From the human T2T-CHM13v2.0 reference genome, Homo sapiens: DNA of 64,000 nucleotides. The stretch lies in NCBI RefSeq assembly GCF_009914755.1, contig NC_060925.1; one strand, written 5' to 3'. Positions 24,685 through 37,675 of this stretch are shown piece by piece. The notes below the pieces were generated by a model, which did not search any database, had not been told where the DNA came from, and worked only from the letters and a program-made list of their open reading frames with translations. Numbering within the stretch: the stretch's first letter is position 1; every line of letters begins with the position of its first letter. A program made the translations under genes and the position numbers.

Positions 24685-25677
24685 TCAAATGGTGGTAGTT
24701 CACAAGATTTTCGAGAGAATAAAGTGACTATGTTATTAATAAAAATGAAGAATCTTAAAATGTCAAGGAAATTGTTCTAATTTAGATAGAAGCTGTTATT
24801 AGGTCTAAAACAACAAAGTGATCATATGCAAAAATCTTTGCAGAGCTGCTTTAGAAAGGAATAACCTTTAATTTTTAAATCAATTTCTTATATTTAAATA
24901 AACATTCCTAAATGCTTAAGATACAATTATTTTCCAATTAAGTTAGTTATACCATCTACAATCTCAGTTACTAATTGATCAGAAAAAATTTCCATCCTCA
25001 AAGCACAATATACTGCCTGCTATCACAAATTCTGAGTGAATTTGCTGAAGTAAAATTTAAGCACTTTGTAAACTATAAAGCCTTATACAAATGTAATAAG
25101 GCAGAAATTTAAATAATAATAATGATAATAAGTACTGCATTTATTTACTTTAAAAAAAGTAAAAGCTAAGGCCCAAAATGTGGCAAGGCAAGGGTTAAAA
25201 AAAAGTTTTCCTTTGTCTAGCAGCTTATTTTAAGGATAGTTATAAGATAATCCTGTCTGAATAGCCAAGGCCAAAGGAATGGGTTCCAAACACCCCTCCA
25301 TTTTAGAGCAAGGTTAAAGGAAAAAAAAAAAAAAGACAAATGCTTTTACTGTTACTCTTTTCCCAGGCTTCTTGAGCATTATGTTTCACAAATGTCTATA
25401 TTTAGCCAGTTTTTATTTTTCTTTCGATGCAGCTACAAGGTCACCAGCTATGCAAGATCGCAAATTATGTTATGTTATAAATTAAGTGACCTGTCACTGT
25501 ATAATTAACTGCTTTTGTTTTGCTTTGGTAAGGCCGCTTATAAAAATGCCGCTCTATTTTTATTCAATGCACAGCTTTTTGGATATAAATCCTCTGAGCC
25601 GGTGCATACCTAAAAATAAACAAATCCTCCTGTACTCCTTATTGGTCTCTCCGTTCCTCAGTTTACCACAATGTTTA

Positions 25678-25695
25678 TGGCAATCACGAAGGGAC
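25678..25695 (+). other. Retroviral primer-binding site, tRNA-Arg type
   Basis: tggcaatcacgaagggac versus the Arg PBS TGGCGACCACGAAGGGAC of ERV9/HERV-W-related groups (2 mismatches), immediately after the LTR. Confidence 0.75.
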
Positions 25696-26080
25696 TGAAG
25701 ACTGCAGGCTTACTGTCTCCTTTGGGTCTGGGGGTTGGAGCCTGGGCCTTGGGAAACCTGTGACCCCAGGCGCTGCTAGGAGAACTTCAGCCCAGAGGGG
25801 AGATCAGCTCTACCGTGACCTGGCGCCCCCTACCTAGCCGTGCAACAGAACCTAAAAGGAGCTACAGGACGATTTCAGAAACGGGACGCTTCAGGAAACG
25901 TGGTAAGGTTTTGGGAGCCCAAGGCAGGACCCGTCCCTTGGATGGAAGGGGAGCCTGATCACCTCCTGGGGTGTGCCGAATAGTCCGACCCACAGGGGCT
26001 GGGGGCGAGGGGAGTGGCTGGTCAATCCAGATGAAACTCACACCCCGCCAAGACAGGACGAGAGTGGCTTGCTAAATCAG

Positions 26081-26397
26081 CTAGGAATCTGGAGGTGGCG
26101 AGAGTGGCTCACCACCCCAACTAGGAATCTAGAGGTGGCGAGAGTGGCTCACCACCCCAACTAGGAATCTGGAGGTGGCGAGAGTGGCTCACCACCCCAA
26201 CTAGGAATCTGGAGGTGGCGAGAGTGGCTCACCACCCCAACTAGGAATCTGGAGGTGGCGAGAGTGGCTCACCACCCCAACTAGGAATCTGGAGGTGGCG
26301 AGAGTGGCTCACCACCCCAACTAGGAATCTGGAGGTGGCGAGAGTGGCTCACCACCCCAACTAGGAATCTGGAGGTGGCGAGAGTGGCTCACCACCT
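26081..26397 (+). repeat. 40-bp minisatellite (VNTR), about 8 copies
   Basis: Unit ctaggaatctggaggtggcgagagtggctcaccaccccaa at exact 40-bp period. One substitution in copy 2; the last copy is degenerate at its end. Confidence 0.97.
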
Positions 26398-28829
26398 CAG
26401 TTACAAACATGGGAACTAAAAGTGTGTGAAAGTGTGTAAATGGAGGGGCCTAGTTAGTCACAACAGCTGCGAAGTGGGGAGTCACAGATCTCTTAGTGTG
26501 GACTGTGTGCTCCAAGAAAGTGTGGGGCCGACTAAGACTAGTGTCTATCTGCATAGGGCTAATAGGAGCTGCGCTACAGCTCAGAGTTGTAGCAGGAATA
26601 GGGAAGTCTCCAAAGCCAAGCAGCATCTAAAAGTTTCTCCGTTCCTCAGTTTACTGCAACAGTAACACATTGTTATTCAAATATAGGGAAGTTTTTATGA
26701 ATGAATGAGAAATGTATGAGATTGAGAGAACTTGCCAGAACTGGTTGAAGAGCTGTTGTTATGGAAATTAATGATTGTTATGTTATTTAAATGGAATGTC
26801 CTTTTAGCAAAGTTGTAGTTTTCTCTGTCATTAGCCAACATTGTTTCTTGAGAGAACTAATTTTTATAACATGTTAAAGTATTTATAAACATATTCCCTG
26901 AAACAGCTATTGTAGCATCAAAAATGGAGGATTTGGATGGCTTAGGGGGGAAATCTTGACCCAAAAATAATAGCTGGGTGCTCTTCTGAGAGCTAGTAGA
27001 TTGACATAAAGTGCTGAAGCCATGCTTTTTTGATCATTGAGGAAGAAAGCGTGATTTATTAAGGAAGCAACTGTATTTGGAAGATAACTCTTCACATCAG
27101 AAGCATGAAAACTATTGAGGGATGGTGTTAATTTAGGTAACAGTGTCAGTACCGGATAAAGAGGCCAACTCCACCTCTGAGTTCCCTTCTTATATTCTGA
27201 GGAAATGGAGGAAGACTTTCTCCAATCTGTCAACAAGTCTTTGAATTATTTCTCCATGTTCCTACTTATTTTTTCTTTTATCTTCTGGTCCCTCAAATCT
27301 TCACATTACTTCTGATCCCAACCCCCTGAAAGGGTGTTTAATGTCTTGTCAACCTTAGCCTCCCTTTCTGATCCTACCTCCCACTTCTCTTGCAACAGCA
27401 ATCTGATGCCAGAGTTGCCTATTGCCTCAGTATATTCTACCTCTCCCATTTTTTTCAATGACTCAACTTTACTCACCCTTGAAGATGTACCTCCCCCTTA
27501 CTCTGTGAAGCCTTCCCTTGACAATCCAGTCCTCTGTTCTGTCACCACCTTCTCCTATAGAACTCCTTTTCTGTCCTAATCTTCTGGCACTTGTGTGACT
27601 GGTTCTATGGTATGACTATTTATATGGCTATAGTTTAACTTTTCAAATACATCACAAGTATGTCCCTTAATATTACCCAAAAAGCCTAGCAAAGAGCTCT
27701 ACATATGTATTTATTTATTTATAAAAATTAAAAGCTATGTTTTCTATTTCTATAGAGGTGTTTAATCTGAGGGTTAGGAAAGGCTGTGTGGAGGCTGTGG
27801 ACTTATATACAGGTGAATTTCTATTCCTCGCTACAAAAACAAACATTTCCTTTGGACTGACTGTTGCTATGCTTTCTGAGCTCCCCTGAGTTGAAACTTT
27901 GGGAGAAGAAGTGAGAGAAACAATGTTTGACTTGAGCTAATCCTTGGCCTCCTGGGTGCTTCCGACTTGCTCTTTCTCTTGTGTTTTGTGTGTGTGGAGG
28001 GGTGGGGATGGGGTCCTCTACCATCACTGAGGATCTGTTAACAATTCCCTGGGTGTGGTCAAACCCATCTCCGATTCTGGTTGACCACTTGCTTTTTCCT
28101 ATCTCCTCGATATCTGGTGACTCCTAGAGGTTTTGTTTTTGTTTTATTTTGTTTTTACTGAGGTCTTTCTTCCACCCTGGTGGCTCTTTTAGACACCTGA
28201 AGACAACTCCACCATGAATTACTTTCTCATGCATCTGATTTCTAATCCCCTGGAAGTACTCACCCCTCCATTTTTCTGAATAACATCTGGAGTATAGGTT
28301 ATTATACAATCTCAAAGCAGCAGAGATCTTTCATTTGTTCCCACTATCAGAACCACTGGACAGCCCATTTTTTGCATTTTAGATTTCCCTGGCAGGAGTC
28401 CAACACTAATCCACTGTGTCCCCCTGTCCAAACTGAGAGGAGCCATATTAGGCTTTTTCAGTGGGCTCCTTAGAGTCCCTCTCTCAATGTGAAGGAAAAG
28501 TGCACCCACACATTTTCCTCATGCAAGTGATGGAATGGGGCTCACAGGAAAACAAATGCTTCACTACAAAAAAAATCCTTCCCAAATATCCTTAAAATAT
28601 CTTCCGTTTCTGTCATTTCAATGTTTTTTATTCAGGTGAGGGAGATAAGAGCTTTCTAACCGGTTATGAGTCACCTACTTCATCAGTGAGAGAGGGTTAC
28701 TTGACTTTGCAAATAACAAGAATATTGTTTTTCAGCCAAAACTTCCATTTTACAGCCTTTTACACCTCTGAAGCTGCCACATAAAGTACTTACCTAATGC
28801 TTTCTATAGAGAGCAGAAAATAGTAGTAT

Positions 28830-28990
28830 TCTAAGAAGGAGCAGTGGGTTTTGAACTGATAGAAGCCTGAGTTTAATCCCTAAGTTTCATTCATGTCACT
28901 GGCACTTAGTAACTGTGATCTTATGCAGAATAACTGACCTCTCTAAGGTTGTGTTTCCTTTTCTGTAGAATAAATATATGATAAACATAT
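28830..28990 (+). mobile_element. MIR SINE fragment
   Basis: cctgagtttaatccc...gtaactgtgatcttatgcag...ctctctaag...tttccttttctgtagaat. Confidence 0.6.
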
Positions 28991-29464
28991 ATAAAATGCA
29001 AGTGGCTAAGAACTCAAAATATCATTCCTATTGAGAGCCATAGGCAACCACAGGCAGGAATGATCACCGCGTGCCAGGATTGCATGTGGAGAAAGGTAGA
29101 GAGCATTGTAGTAGGGCAAATGGCAGAAGAAAAGGCACAGAAGTGAGAATGCACATGGCTTAATAGGAGAACACTGAACCGGTGAGAGTGCCTGAGAACA
29201 GTGCACACATGAAGGAGTAGTTCTTGGTGAGGATGGAGTCCATGAGAAAGGAGCCAGCAGTTTTAATTTGCTTTTTAGCAAATAAGTTGGAAACAGCTTT
29301 AACTTAGATTCAGTCCTTACAGGAACTCTTCCCTTAGTGTGGTGCTTTATCAACATACTCAAAGCTCTAAATTTATTAAATTGCACTAAATCTTGTCTGC
29401 AAAACTTTTGGCACTATAGATCATTCCTTTACTGACAGGCTAACTCAACAACTCAACATTGCAT

Positions 29465-29477
29465 CTTTCTTTCTTTC

Positions 29478-29513
<36 letters not shown>

Positions 29514-29760
29514 TTGAGGTGGAGCCTTGCTCTGTTGCCCAGGCTGGAGTGCAGTGGCATGATCTTGGCTCACTACAACCTCCACCTCCCAGGTTCAAGC
29601 GATTCTCATGCCTCAGTCTCTTGAGTAGCAGGATTATGGGCATGCTCCACCACACTAATTTTTGTATTTTTAGTAGAGACGGGGTTTTGCCATGTTGGTC
29701 ATGCTGGTCTGGAACTCCTGACCTCAAGTGATCTGCCCACCTCAACTTCCCAAAGTGCTC
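29465..29760 (-). mobile_element. AluS, slightly 5'-truncated
   Basis: Antisense Alu with a (CT)n/T tail. Confidence 0.92.
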
Positions 29761-29929
29761 TTTGCATATTTCTTACTTCCAAATATGCCATTGTTTTGCA
29801 TTGTTTCAACAAACCTCTCTCCAAAAATTGCAAAATGATAAAACATTCTCTTTGTGGAGGGGGTGGTAGTTGGAAGAGGTGGGGGGACTCAACCGGATTC
29901 ATTCACTCTTTAACCATTTTCAAAGATAA

Positions 29930-30830
29930 TCAACTCTTTTTTAAAAAGCTTATTAGAATATAATACACATATAGAAAAGTATACAAAGTGAAAATGTACA
30001 GCAACATGATTCATCAAAAATCAAACACTTAATGAAAATGTCACCCAGGTAGAGATGTAGGACATTGCCAGCCCCCAGAAGTCCCATGGGGGCCCTCCCA
30101 TTTACTACTTCATCCTTCTTCAAATGTAACCATCATCCTGATTTGCAGAGTAATCATTTCTTTATTTTATTTATACTTGTTCTGTAGCTTAGTTTTGCAT
30201 TTTTAAAAGCTTTAATAATGGAATAGAATTATACATTAATGGTCTGTCTGCTTTTGCTCAATGTATTTGTGAGATTCACCCATTTTTTTGTAAATAGTAT
30301 CTCATTCATTTTTATTGCTGTCTAGTACTCCATCAGTTGAATGTACCATAATTTACTTATCTGTTCTAGAGTTGATGGATTTTTAGGCTCTTTCATGTTT
30401 GGTCACATTACAAATAATGTTGCTGAAAACATTTCTGAGCTTGTCTTTTAGTGCACATGTTTGTGTATTTCTGCCAAGAAAATATCCATGATTGTAATTG
30501 CCAGGTTCTAGGACATAACCACAAACTGTTTTTGGAAGTGGCTGTACCAATTTATATTTCCTTAGGTAGTTCATTGGAGTTCCATTGTGTCCTACTCATG
30601 AAAACTTTGGTATTATCATAGTTTTCAATTGTAGACATTCTGGTGAGTGTGTAGTGATTTCTCATTGTGGCTTTTATTTGTATTTCCTGATGACCCATGT
30701 GATTAAGCACCTATTAATATGTCTGTTGACAATCTGTATAGCCCCTCTATAGGAACATCTATTCAAGTCTCTCAGCTGTTTTTAAATTGCACTGTCTGCT
30801 TTTTGAAAATTAATTTGTGGCCTTTCTTTT
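29930..30830 (-). mobile_element. Old L1M 3' fragment
   Basis: Antisense L1M 3' motifs (tgtaccataatttacttatc, ctcattgtggcttttatttgtatttcctgatgac). Confidence 0.65.
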
Positions 30831-31080
30831 TATTTAACCTCATGATTACTGAATATGATTCTGTTTTGGAGTAACTCCCTGTGGCTAAATTAATGCTTTT
30901 GTACCCAGAAGTTCATGAACAGTGTAAAAGTTTACTGATTTTGTCAAGGAGACGAAATGTACATCAGCAGTACAATAAGTTAATGACCTAGTTCTGCATA
31001 ACGAGAAGGGTCGCTCACTGAATTGTTCATTAAATGAAACTCTAGCTCATTCTCCTCTACCTTCTCTCTCACCATTCAAG

Positions 31081-31252
31081 TTTGCAGAATGGTTCCTCCC
31101 ATTGGCCATGGGTCCTATGAAGATGTGAGATCATTTTTTATTCTCTACTACTCTGGTGCACTGTCACTGTGATGATGGATATGTTCTAATTGGAGAGGCT
31201 GAAGTCACCTGCAGAAATTCACATTGGTCAGCTCCAGCCCCTCAATGTAAAG
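31081..31252 (+). pseudogene. C4BPAP2: Unit 2: CCP7-like exon (frameshifted)
   Basis: Acceptor caag at 31080. Reads CRMVPPIGHGSYEDV...(frameshift)...HCDDGYVLIGEAEVTCRNSHWSAPAPQCK, with GT at 31253. Length 172 nt breaks the frame. The symbol is tentative. Confidence 0.85.
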
Positions 31253-31748
31253 GTTAACTCCAAACTTACTGAGGGCCCTTGCTAAGAAGGTAGAGCCTCT
31301 ATGAAAGGTCAAACAAGAGTCTCCTCCTAGACAGAGGCAGCACTTAGAAATTTACACTTTACTTATTTATTTAATTTGCATAATTAATATATACACATGG
31401 TACAATATTTTAATAGCATGAATGATCACAGTTTATCACTCTTGAACACTACTGTTATCAATGTATCTTTCAGAGGTCATCTGGAAGGCCACTTTTTGCT
31501 TGAATAAAAGTTTTGATTTAAATATAACATACTACAACACTGTGTCCAAATCTTAGGTGTACAGGTCAATAAATTATCACAAAGTGAACCCACCATGACA
31601 AACTACCACTCAAGTCAAGAAGCATCACCACTACCAGCATCCCAGAAGTGTTCCGTGTGCCCTCTCCTAGTGACTCCCCAACTTTCCTTCCCAATTAGTC
31701 TCACCTCTAGCATCACAGATTAGTTTTATCAACTTTTTAGCATTATAT

Positions 31749-31794
31749 TTAGATTGGTGCAAAAGTCACTGCGGTTTTTGCCATTACTTTGAAT
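31749..31794. mobile_element. Half MADE1 (Hsmar1-derived mariner MITE)
   Basis: ttagattggtgcaaaagtcactgcggtttttgccattacttt approximates the MADE1 TIR TTAGGTTGGTGCAAAAGTAATTGCGGTTTTTGCCATTACTTT. The second arm is absent. Confidence 0.8.
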
Positions 31795-32105
31795 ATAAAG
31801 GAAATCATGTATGTATTCTTTTGTGCCTGCCTTCTTTACTCAGTATTATGTTTTTGAAAATCATCTATGTGTTCTTGCATGGGGTGATAGCTTATTCATT
31901 TTCATTGTTGTATAATCTTTGGATAAACATAACACATTTTATGTATCTTATAAAAGTTTAGGATTTTCATGTTATAGGCTATTATGAACAATGCTCTTAT
32001 GAACATTCTTGCACATGACTCTTGATACAAATGTGCAAATATTTATGTTGGGAATAAACTTAAAAGTGGAATTGCTATTTCATAGAGTATGCATCTATTC
32101 ATCTC

Positions 32106-32418
32106 TTTTTTTTTTTTTTTTTTTTTTTGAGACAAGTTCTCATTTTGTCACCCAGGCTGAAGTGTAGTGGCATGATTATAGCTCACTGTAACCTCCAACT
32201 CCTGGGTTCAAGGGATCTTCCTGCCTCAGCCTCCTGAGTAGCTGGGACTACAGGCATACACCACCATACCTGGCTAATTTTTAAAAAGTGTTTTGTAGAG
32301 ATAGGGCCTTTCTTTGTTGCCCAGGCTGGTCTTGAACTCCTGGGCTCAAGTGATCCTCCTTTACCTGCCTTGTCCTCCCAAAGTGTGGGATTACAGCTGT
32401 GAGCCACCACACCCAGCC
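32106..32418 (-). mobile_element. AluJ
   Basis: Antisense Alu with AluJ features (gatcatagctcactg-like, ctcctgggctcaag). TSD-like tattcatct on both flanks. Confidence 0.9.
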
Positions 32419-33595
32419 ATATATTCATCTTTAGTAGATAATGCCAAATTTTGTTCAACGGTGATTGCAACAATTTAAATTTCCACAAGCAGTGTATGAG
32501 TGTTCTAATTTTGATAAATAGAAGTTCTAAATTCTAATTTAGTTCTATTTATAATTTTTTTCCTTGATGTTGGCACCTTTCATATCCTGTTTAAGAAATA
32601 TTTGCCTACAGCAAGGTCACAAAAAATATTTCCTTATGTTATTTTCCAGAGCTTTATTGTTTTAACTTTTCACATTAGTATCTCCAAATCACTTGGAATT
32701 CCTGTGTGTTTATGGTGGAAAGTAGTGGTTAAAATTTGTTTTTCTCCAACGGCTGTTCAATTAATCATATAGCACTTATTTAATAAACTATACTTTCCAC
32801 ACAACTCTGCAGTGTGACCTTTGTTATAATTCAAGTGTCTGTATATACAGGGTTCTGTTAGTGGACTTAGAGATACAATTTTTAATTTGAGAGTATCAGT
32901 GAGGATTTGGCAAAATTTTAGTGGGCATCTACTTAAGTTTAAATGAGGAATCCTGTGGGTAAATTCCCAACATCTTTGAAGTATTCGATGTCTCCATTAG
33001 AAACCATGCATGCTCCCACCTTCTCATAATGAAGTTGACCTGATAGGAGATTTTTGGTCAACCACAAGGATAGGGTCAACCTTTTTTTTTTTTTTTAACT
33101 AATCTATTAATAGCAACTCAAGGAGCTAATTCCCCACACTGTCTCCATTTAACACAGCAAGATATTAAGAATATGAGAATAAAAATTATATACTTAGGAC
33201 CATGAAAAGATCAAGGTTTGGAAATACTGTACTAATTTTGAAAACTCTGACTCTAGGACCGCAGTGACTAGGTTTACATCATAATCATGCCACCCAAAGG
33301 CTATGCAATATTAGACAAGTCACACAAACTATCTGTACCTAATTTTTCTCTTTAGCAAAATGGAGGTAATAATGTTTTGCATTAGTACTTACATTGACAT
33401 ATAGTATGTGCAATAACATTATTAGCATTATTATTAATCTTATTGTTATAATCATAAATAAATGGAGGTAAAGAACAACTCTCAGCATCCCATCCAGGTA
33501 TAATTTATCAATGTTTCATAACTCTCAATATTCTTACTATTATAAGATCTTATTCTGAGAATCATAGGATGATCAAAATTGTGTTTCCATTATAG

Positions 33596-33797
33596 CTCTG
33601 TGTCTGAAACCAGAGACAGAAAATGGAAAGCTGTCTGGGTAAGGATCTGTATGTTGAACTTGAAAATGTCACCATCCAGTGTGACTCTGGCTATAAAGTG
33701 GTTGGTCCTCAAAATATCACTTTGGTTGGTCCTCAAAATATCACTTGATCAGAGCACAGAACATGGCAGGCACCCAGAGGTGCCCAGTTGTGAGTGG
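33596..33797 (+). pseudogene. C4BPAP2: Unit 2: CCP8-like exon (disrupted)
   Basis: tatag acceptor and gtaagt donor. Reads ALCLKPETENGKLS...KDLYVELENVTIQCDSGYKVVGPQNIT...RTW...PEVPSCEW, matching C4BPA CCP8. Carries frameshifts, a 24-bp duplication and Cys to TGA at 33746. Confidence 0.88.
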
Positions 33798-34368
33798 GTA
33801 AGTGGCACACATTTCAGGGCATCCTATCCCATTCTAAAAATGATAGTCTCCTCCAGAGCACTGTCCTAGCCAACACCAGCGAGATCTGACTTTTGGCAAG
33901 ATTTATTTCGGGCACATCACTTACAGAATTAGCACCGTCACCTTTGAAGCACTTTGGTGTACTTGTTAAGGTAAGCTCAAGAAGGACCACACCCCTAGAT
34001 AGGAAGGTCTCATAGATCCAGCTGACTTGACCCCCAGCCTCATACTTTCTATAATAAATGCTATGCTTTTGCTTCATTTCAGATGGGCCCATCAGAATTG
34101 TCCCTTCTGTCGCCCCTAACGAGGCCCCCTGGGTGTTGTCTGCAGCGTTGTTCCTTCCCTGCTTCACCAGCTACTGATTGCTGCCTGACGGCCGAGGGAG
34201 AATACTTTGCTGAGACCCTAGTTTCTTTGGGATTTTATTCATCTGTCCTGAGGAGGGTTTTGACATTCCGGTTTTGTGGTCATCAGTGATACATCCAGAA
34301 GAAATCTTACATATTCGGATTTCATTTGGAGAGAAGCCTCTCAAAAACTATCGCTTTATTTCATTTAG

Positions 34369-34530
34369 GTAATCTCTGAAGGTTGTGAGCAAGTGCTCAC
34401 GGGTAGAAAGCTCATGCAGTGTCTCCCACACCCAGAGGATTCGAAAATGACCCTGGAGGTGTAAAAGCTGTCTCTGGAGATTAAACGACTGGAACACGTG
34501 TGAGACTTGAAGACGAACAATGCCAGTTAG
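34369..34530 (+). pseudogene. C4BPAP2: Unit 2: oligomerisation-domain exon (premature stop)
   Basis: tcatttag acceptor. Reads VISEGCEQVLTGRKLMQCLPHPEDSKMTLEV*KLSLEIKRLEHV*, with Tyr to TAA at 34462. Both interchain Cys are retained. Confidence 0.9.
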
Positions 34531-35142
34531 AAACCAGTTAGGAAGGATTTTCCTTCCCTTTCCCCACAAAACAGAGAAGCAGTTATATTTCTCTCTTTAG
34601 CAATTCTGTGTTTCTCAAGTACTATTATTTACTGGGGAAAAATATCTGTGTTTAGGAGAATTCACTAATATTCTTAGTGGCACCGATCACATGAAACAAT
34701 TCATAATTTTTGTCTTAGTTCAGTTTAAGTTCCTGCTTTCCTGGATTTGGTGGACTGGCTGAATAAATAATTACCTATCAAAAATCAAATTATCTTTGTT
34801 TTTACTTTGATTTCTGAGTAATGAAAAATTAGGGCTCTCTGTAAGTCATTTTCTGATGTTTCTCAGATTAACTTACTTTTCTACTTTATTGTATATGTTG
34901 TCCTCAAAAAACACATACTTGCATCCTTTATCTGAAATATCTTTACCCTACATTTTCATTTCCTACTCTTCCTGACCTGTATCAGATCAAATATGCCATC
35001 TTCTTCTGAGTCTCCTCCATTCTGATTACTAGTATTTCTCTAGAGTAACTTCTTGTTTCCACTTTATACTTAAGGGATATTTGGTTTTGTTTGATATCCC
35101 TTTCACCCAATAATAACAAGCTTGAAAGTTATTCAAGCCATT

Positions 35143-35320
35143 CAAGATGGCTTGGCCATCTGCAAGCCAAGGAGAGAGGCTCGGAAGAAAACAAGCATGC
35201 TCATACCTTGATCCCAGACTCCCTGCCCCAGAACTGTGAGAATAAGAAAAACCAAAACTCTGTTGTTTAATCCCCCTAGTCTTTGATATTTTGTCATGGC
35301 AGCCCTAGAACACTGATATG
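35143..35320 (+). mobile_element. MLT1 MaLR LTR fragment
   Basis: ccatctgcaagccaaggagagagg...ccagaactgtgagaataa...tttgtcatggcagccctag. Confidence 0.75.
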
Positions 35321-35329
35321 GACACCAGT

Positions 35330-36260
35330 AAGAGAGTGAAAGGCAAGCTACAATCTGGAAAGCACTATTTGCAAAGCTCATGTCAAACTAAGGGCTTGTG
35401 CCCCCCAAATATAAAGAACTTTTACAAATAAATTTAAAAAGATAATCAACCCACCAAGAGAATGGAAAAAGACCTGAAGAACCTTCACAAAAAATGATAT
35501 CCAATTGGTTTATAGACATAAGAAAACTTGGTTAACTTCATTAGTCATTAGGTAAATTAAAATCAAACACAAAGTACAATTTCAGAATTCATACTCAGAA
35601 GAATAGCTAAAATGATAAAATATCAAGTATTAGTAAAAATGTATTCCAACCGTAACTCTGAAAACCTGCTGGTGAAAGTATAAATTGGTCCAACTGCCTT
35701 ACAAAATTCTTTGGCAACTAAGCTGAACATATGTCTACTCTATGATCCAGCAATTCTACCCCTAGAGATTACCTCTCAAAAATGCATCCGTATCTATTCA
35801 CCTATGGACATGTGCTAGAATGTTTATAGCAGCCCTATTTACAATAACCCCAAACTTGAAATGATCAAAATGCTCATGAGTAGTAGAGGATAAATTAATG
35901 GTGATACATCATATGACGAAATATACCGCAACAATGAAATGAATGATTATACAGATGAATTTCAAAACAGAAAGTGTTTAGTGAAAGATGCCAGATACAA
36001 AAGATGTACATACTGTTTTGTTTCATGTATGTAATGTATAAAAACAGGCAAAAGTAATTCATAGTGTTTAAGTCAAAATAGCAATTTCCCCCGGGATGGG
36101 GGTATGAGGAAGGCTTTGGAAGTCCTGGTAATGTTTTGTTTCTTCATCTGGGTGATGTTACATGGGTATGTTCAGTGTGTGAAAAGTCAACTAGCTCTGC
36201 ATTTGAGACGATGTGCTTTTTTGCATGTAAAATATTCTTCAATAAAAATTAAATTAAAAA
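35330..36260 (+). mobile_element. Old L1ME-type 3' fragment
   Basis: tatgatccagcaattctacccctag and tttatagcagccctatttacaata motifs; ends in aataaaaa. Confidence 0.65.
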
Positions 36261-36275
36261 TTGTAAAGAAGGTGA

Positions 36276-36582
<307 letters not shown>

Positions 36583-36589
36583 AGGGTTT

Positions 36590-36990
36590 TCTATACCCCA
36601 CTGATCTCGGGGCGGGGTAATGGCTGGTCTTCCCATTGACGTAGAATATCCTTACCCATAATGCAGTCAGATATAGGAGAAATTGCTATATTCCTCACAA
36701 CAGGATTCATCTTTTCAGTGCTTATATTGGCCACATTTTTTTTTTGTTTACAACTACACCTGATATCCCCAAGGTTACTCTGTCCCCAGTTAGGTGGAAA
36801 ATGTGAATAAGTCCCAGAATCTGTAAGTTTCATCTACACTGTTTTGGCTCCCTGCAGGAAAGAATAACCTAGGTGTTAGATTTTGTTGGTTTTTTGTCTA
36901 TATTATTCCAATACTATTTCTCTGGACCAGATTCTTGGAAGCTAAAGGTATAGTTTTCATGCCCCATTGGTAAGGTCTACTTCTATCATG
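36590..36990 (-). mobile_element. ERVL-like internal (protease-region) fragment
   Basis: Minus-strand peptide ISPISDCIMGKDILRQW resembles ERV-L ISPVPECIIGIDILSSW (recalled). Confidence 0.45.
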
Positions 36991-37000
36991 CCTCTCAAAG

Positions 37001-37675
<675 letters not shown>

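Larger units (their letters stand above)
25097..26661 (+). mobile_element. Internally deleted ERV1-class provirus (5' LTR, PBS, leader, last ~27 bp of the 3' LTR)
   Basis: LTR about 25097-25673 with tataaa and aataaa. PBS at 25678. The U5 end tctccgttcctcagtttac recurs at 26636-26654. The 4-bp TSD gtaa flanks it at 25093-25096 and 26662-26665, inside a MIR-like tail. Confidence 0.85.
31500..32880 (-). mobile_element. Old L1M fragments in the unit 2 intron
   Basis: Antisense L1M 3' end and ORF2 motifs. Confidence 0.6.

Noticed and set aside
26081-26397. Regularly spaced 40-bp repeats resembling a CRISPR array
   Set aside because: No unique spacers, eukaryotic context and no cas genes; it is a head-to-tail minisatellite.
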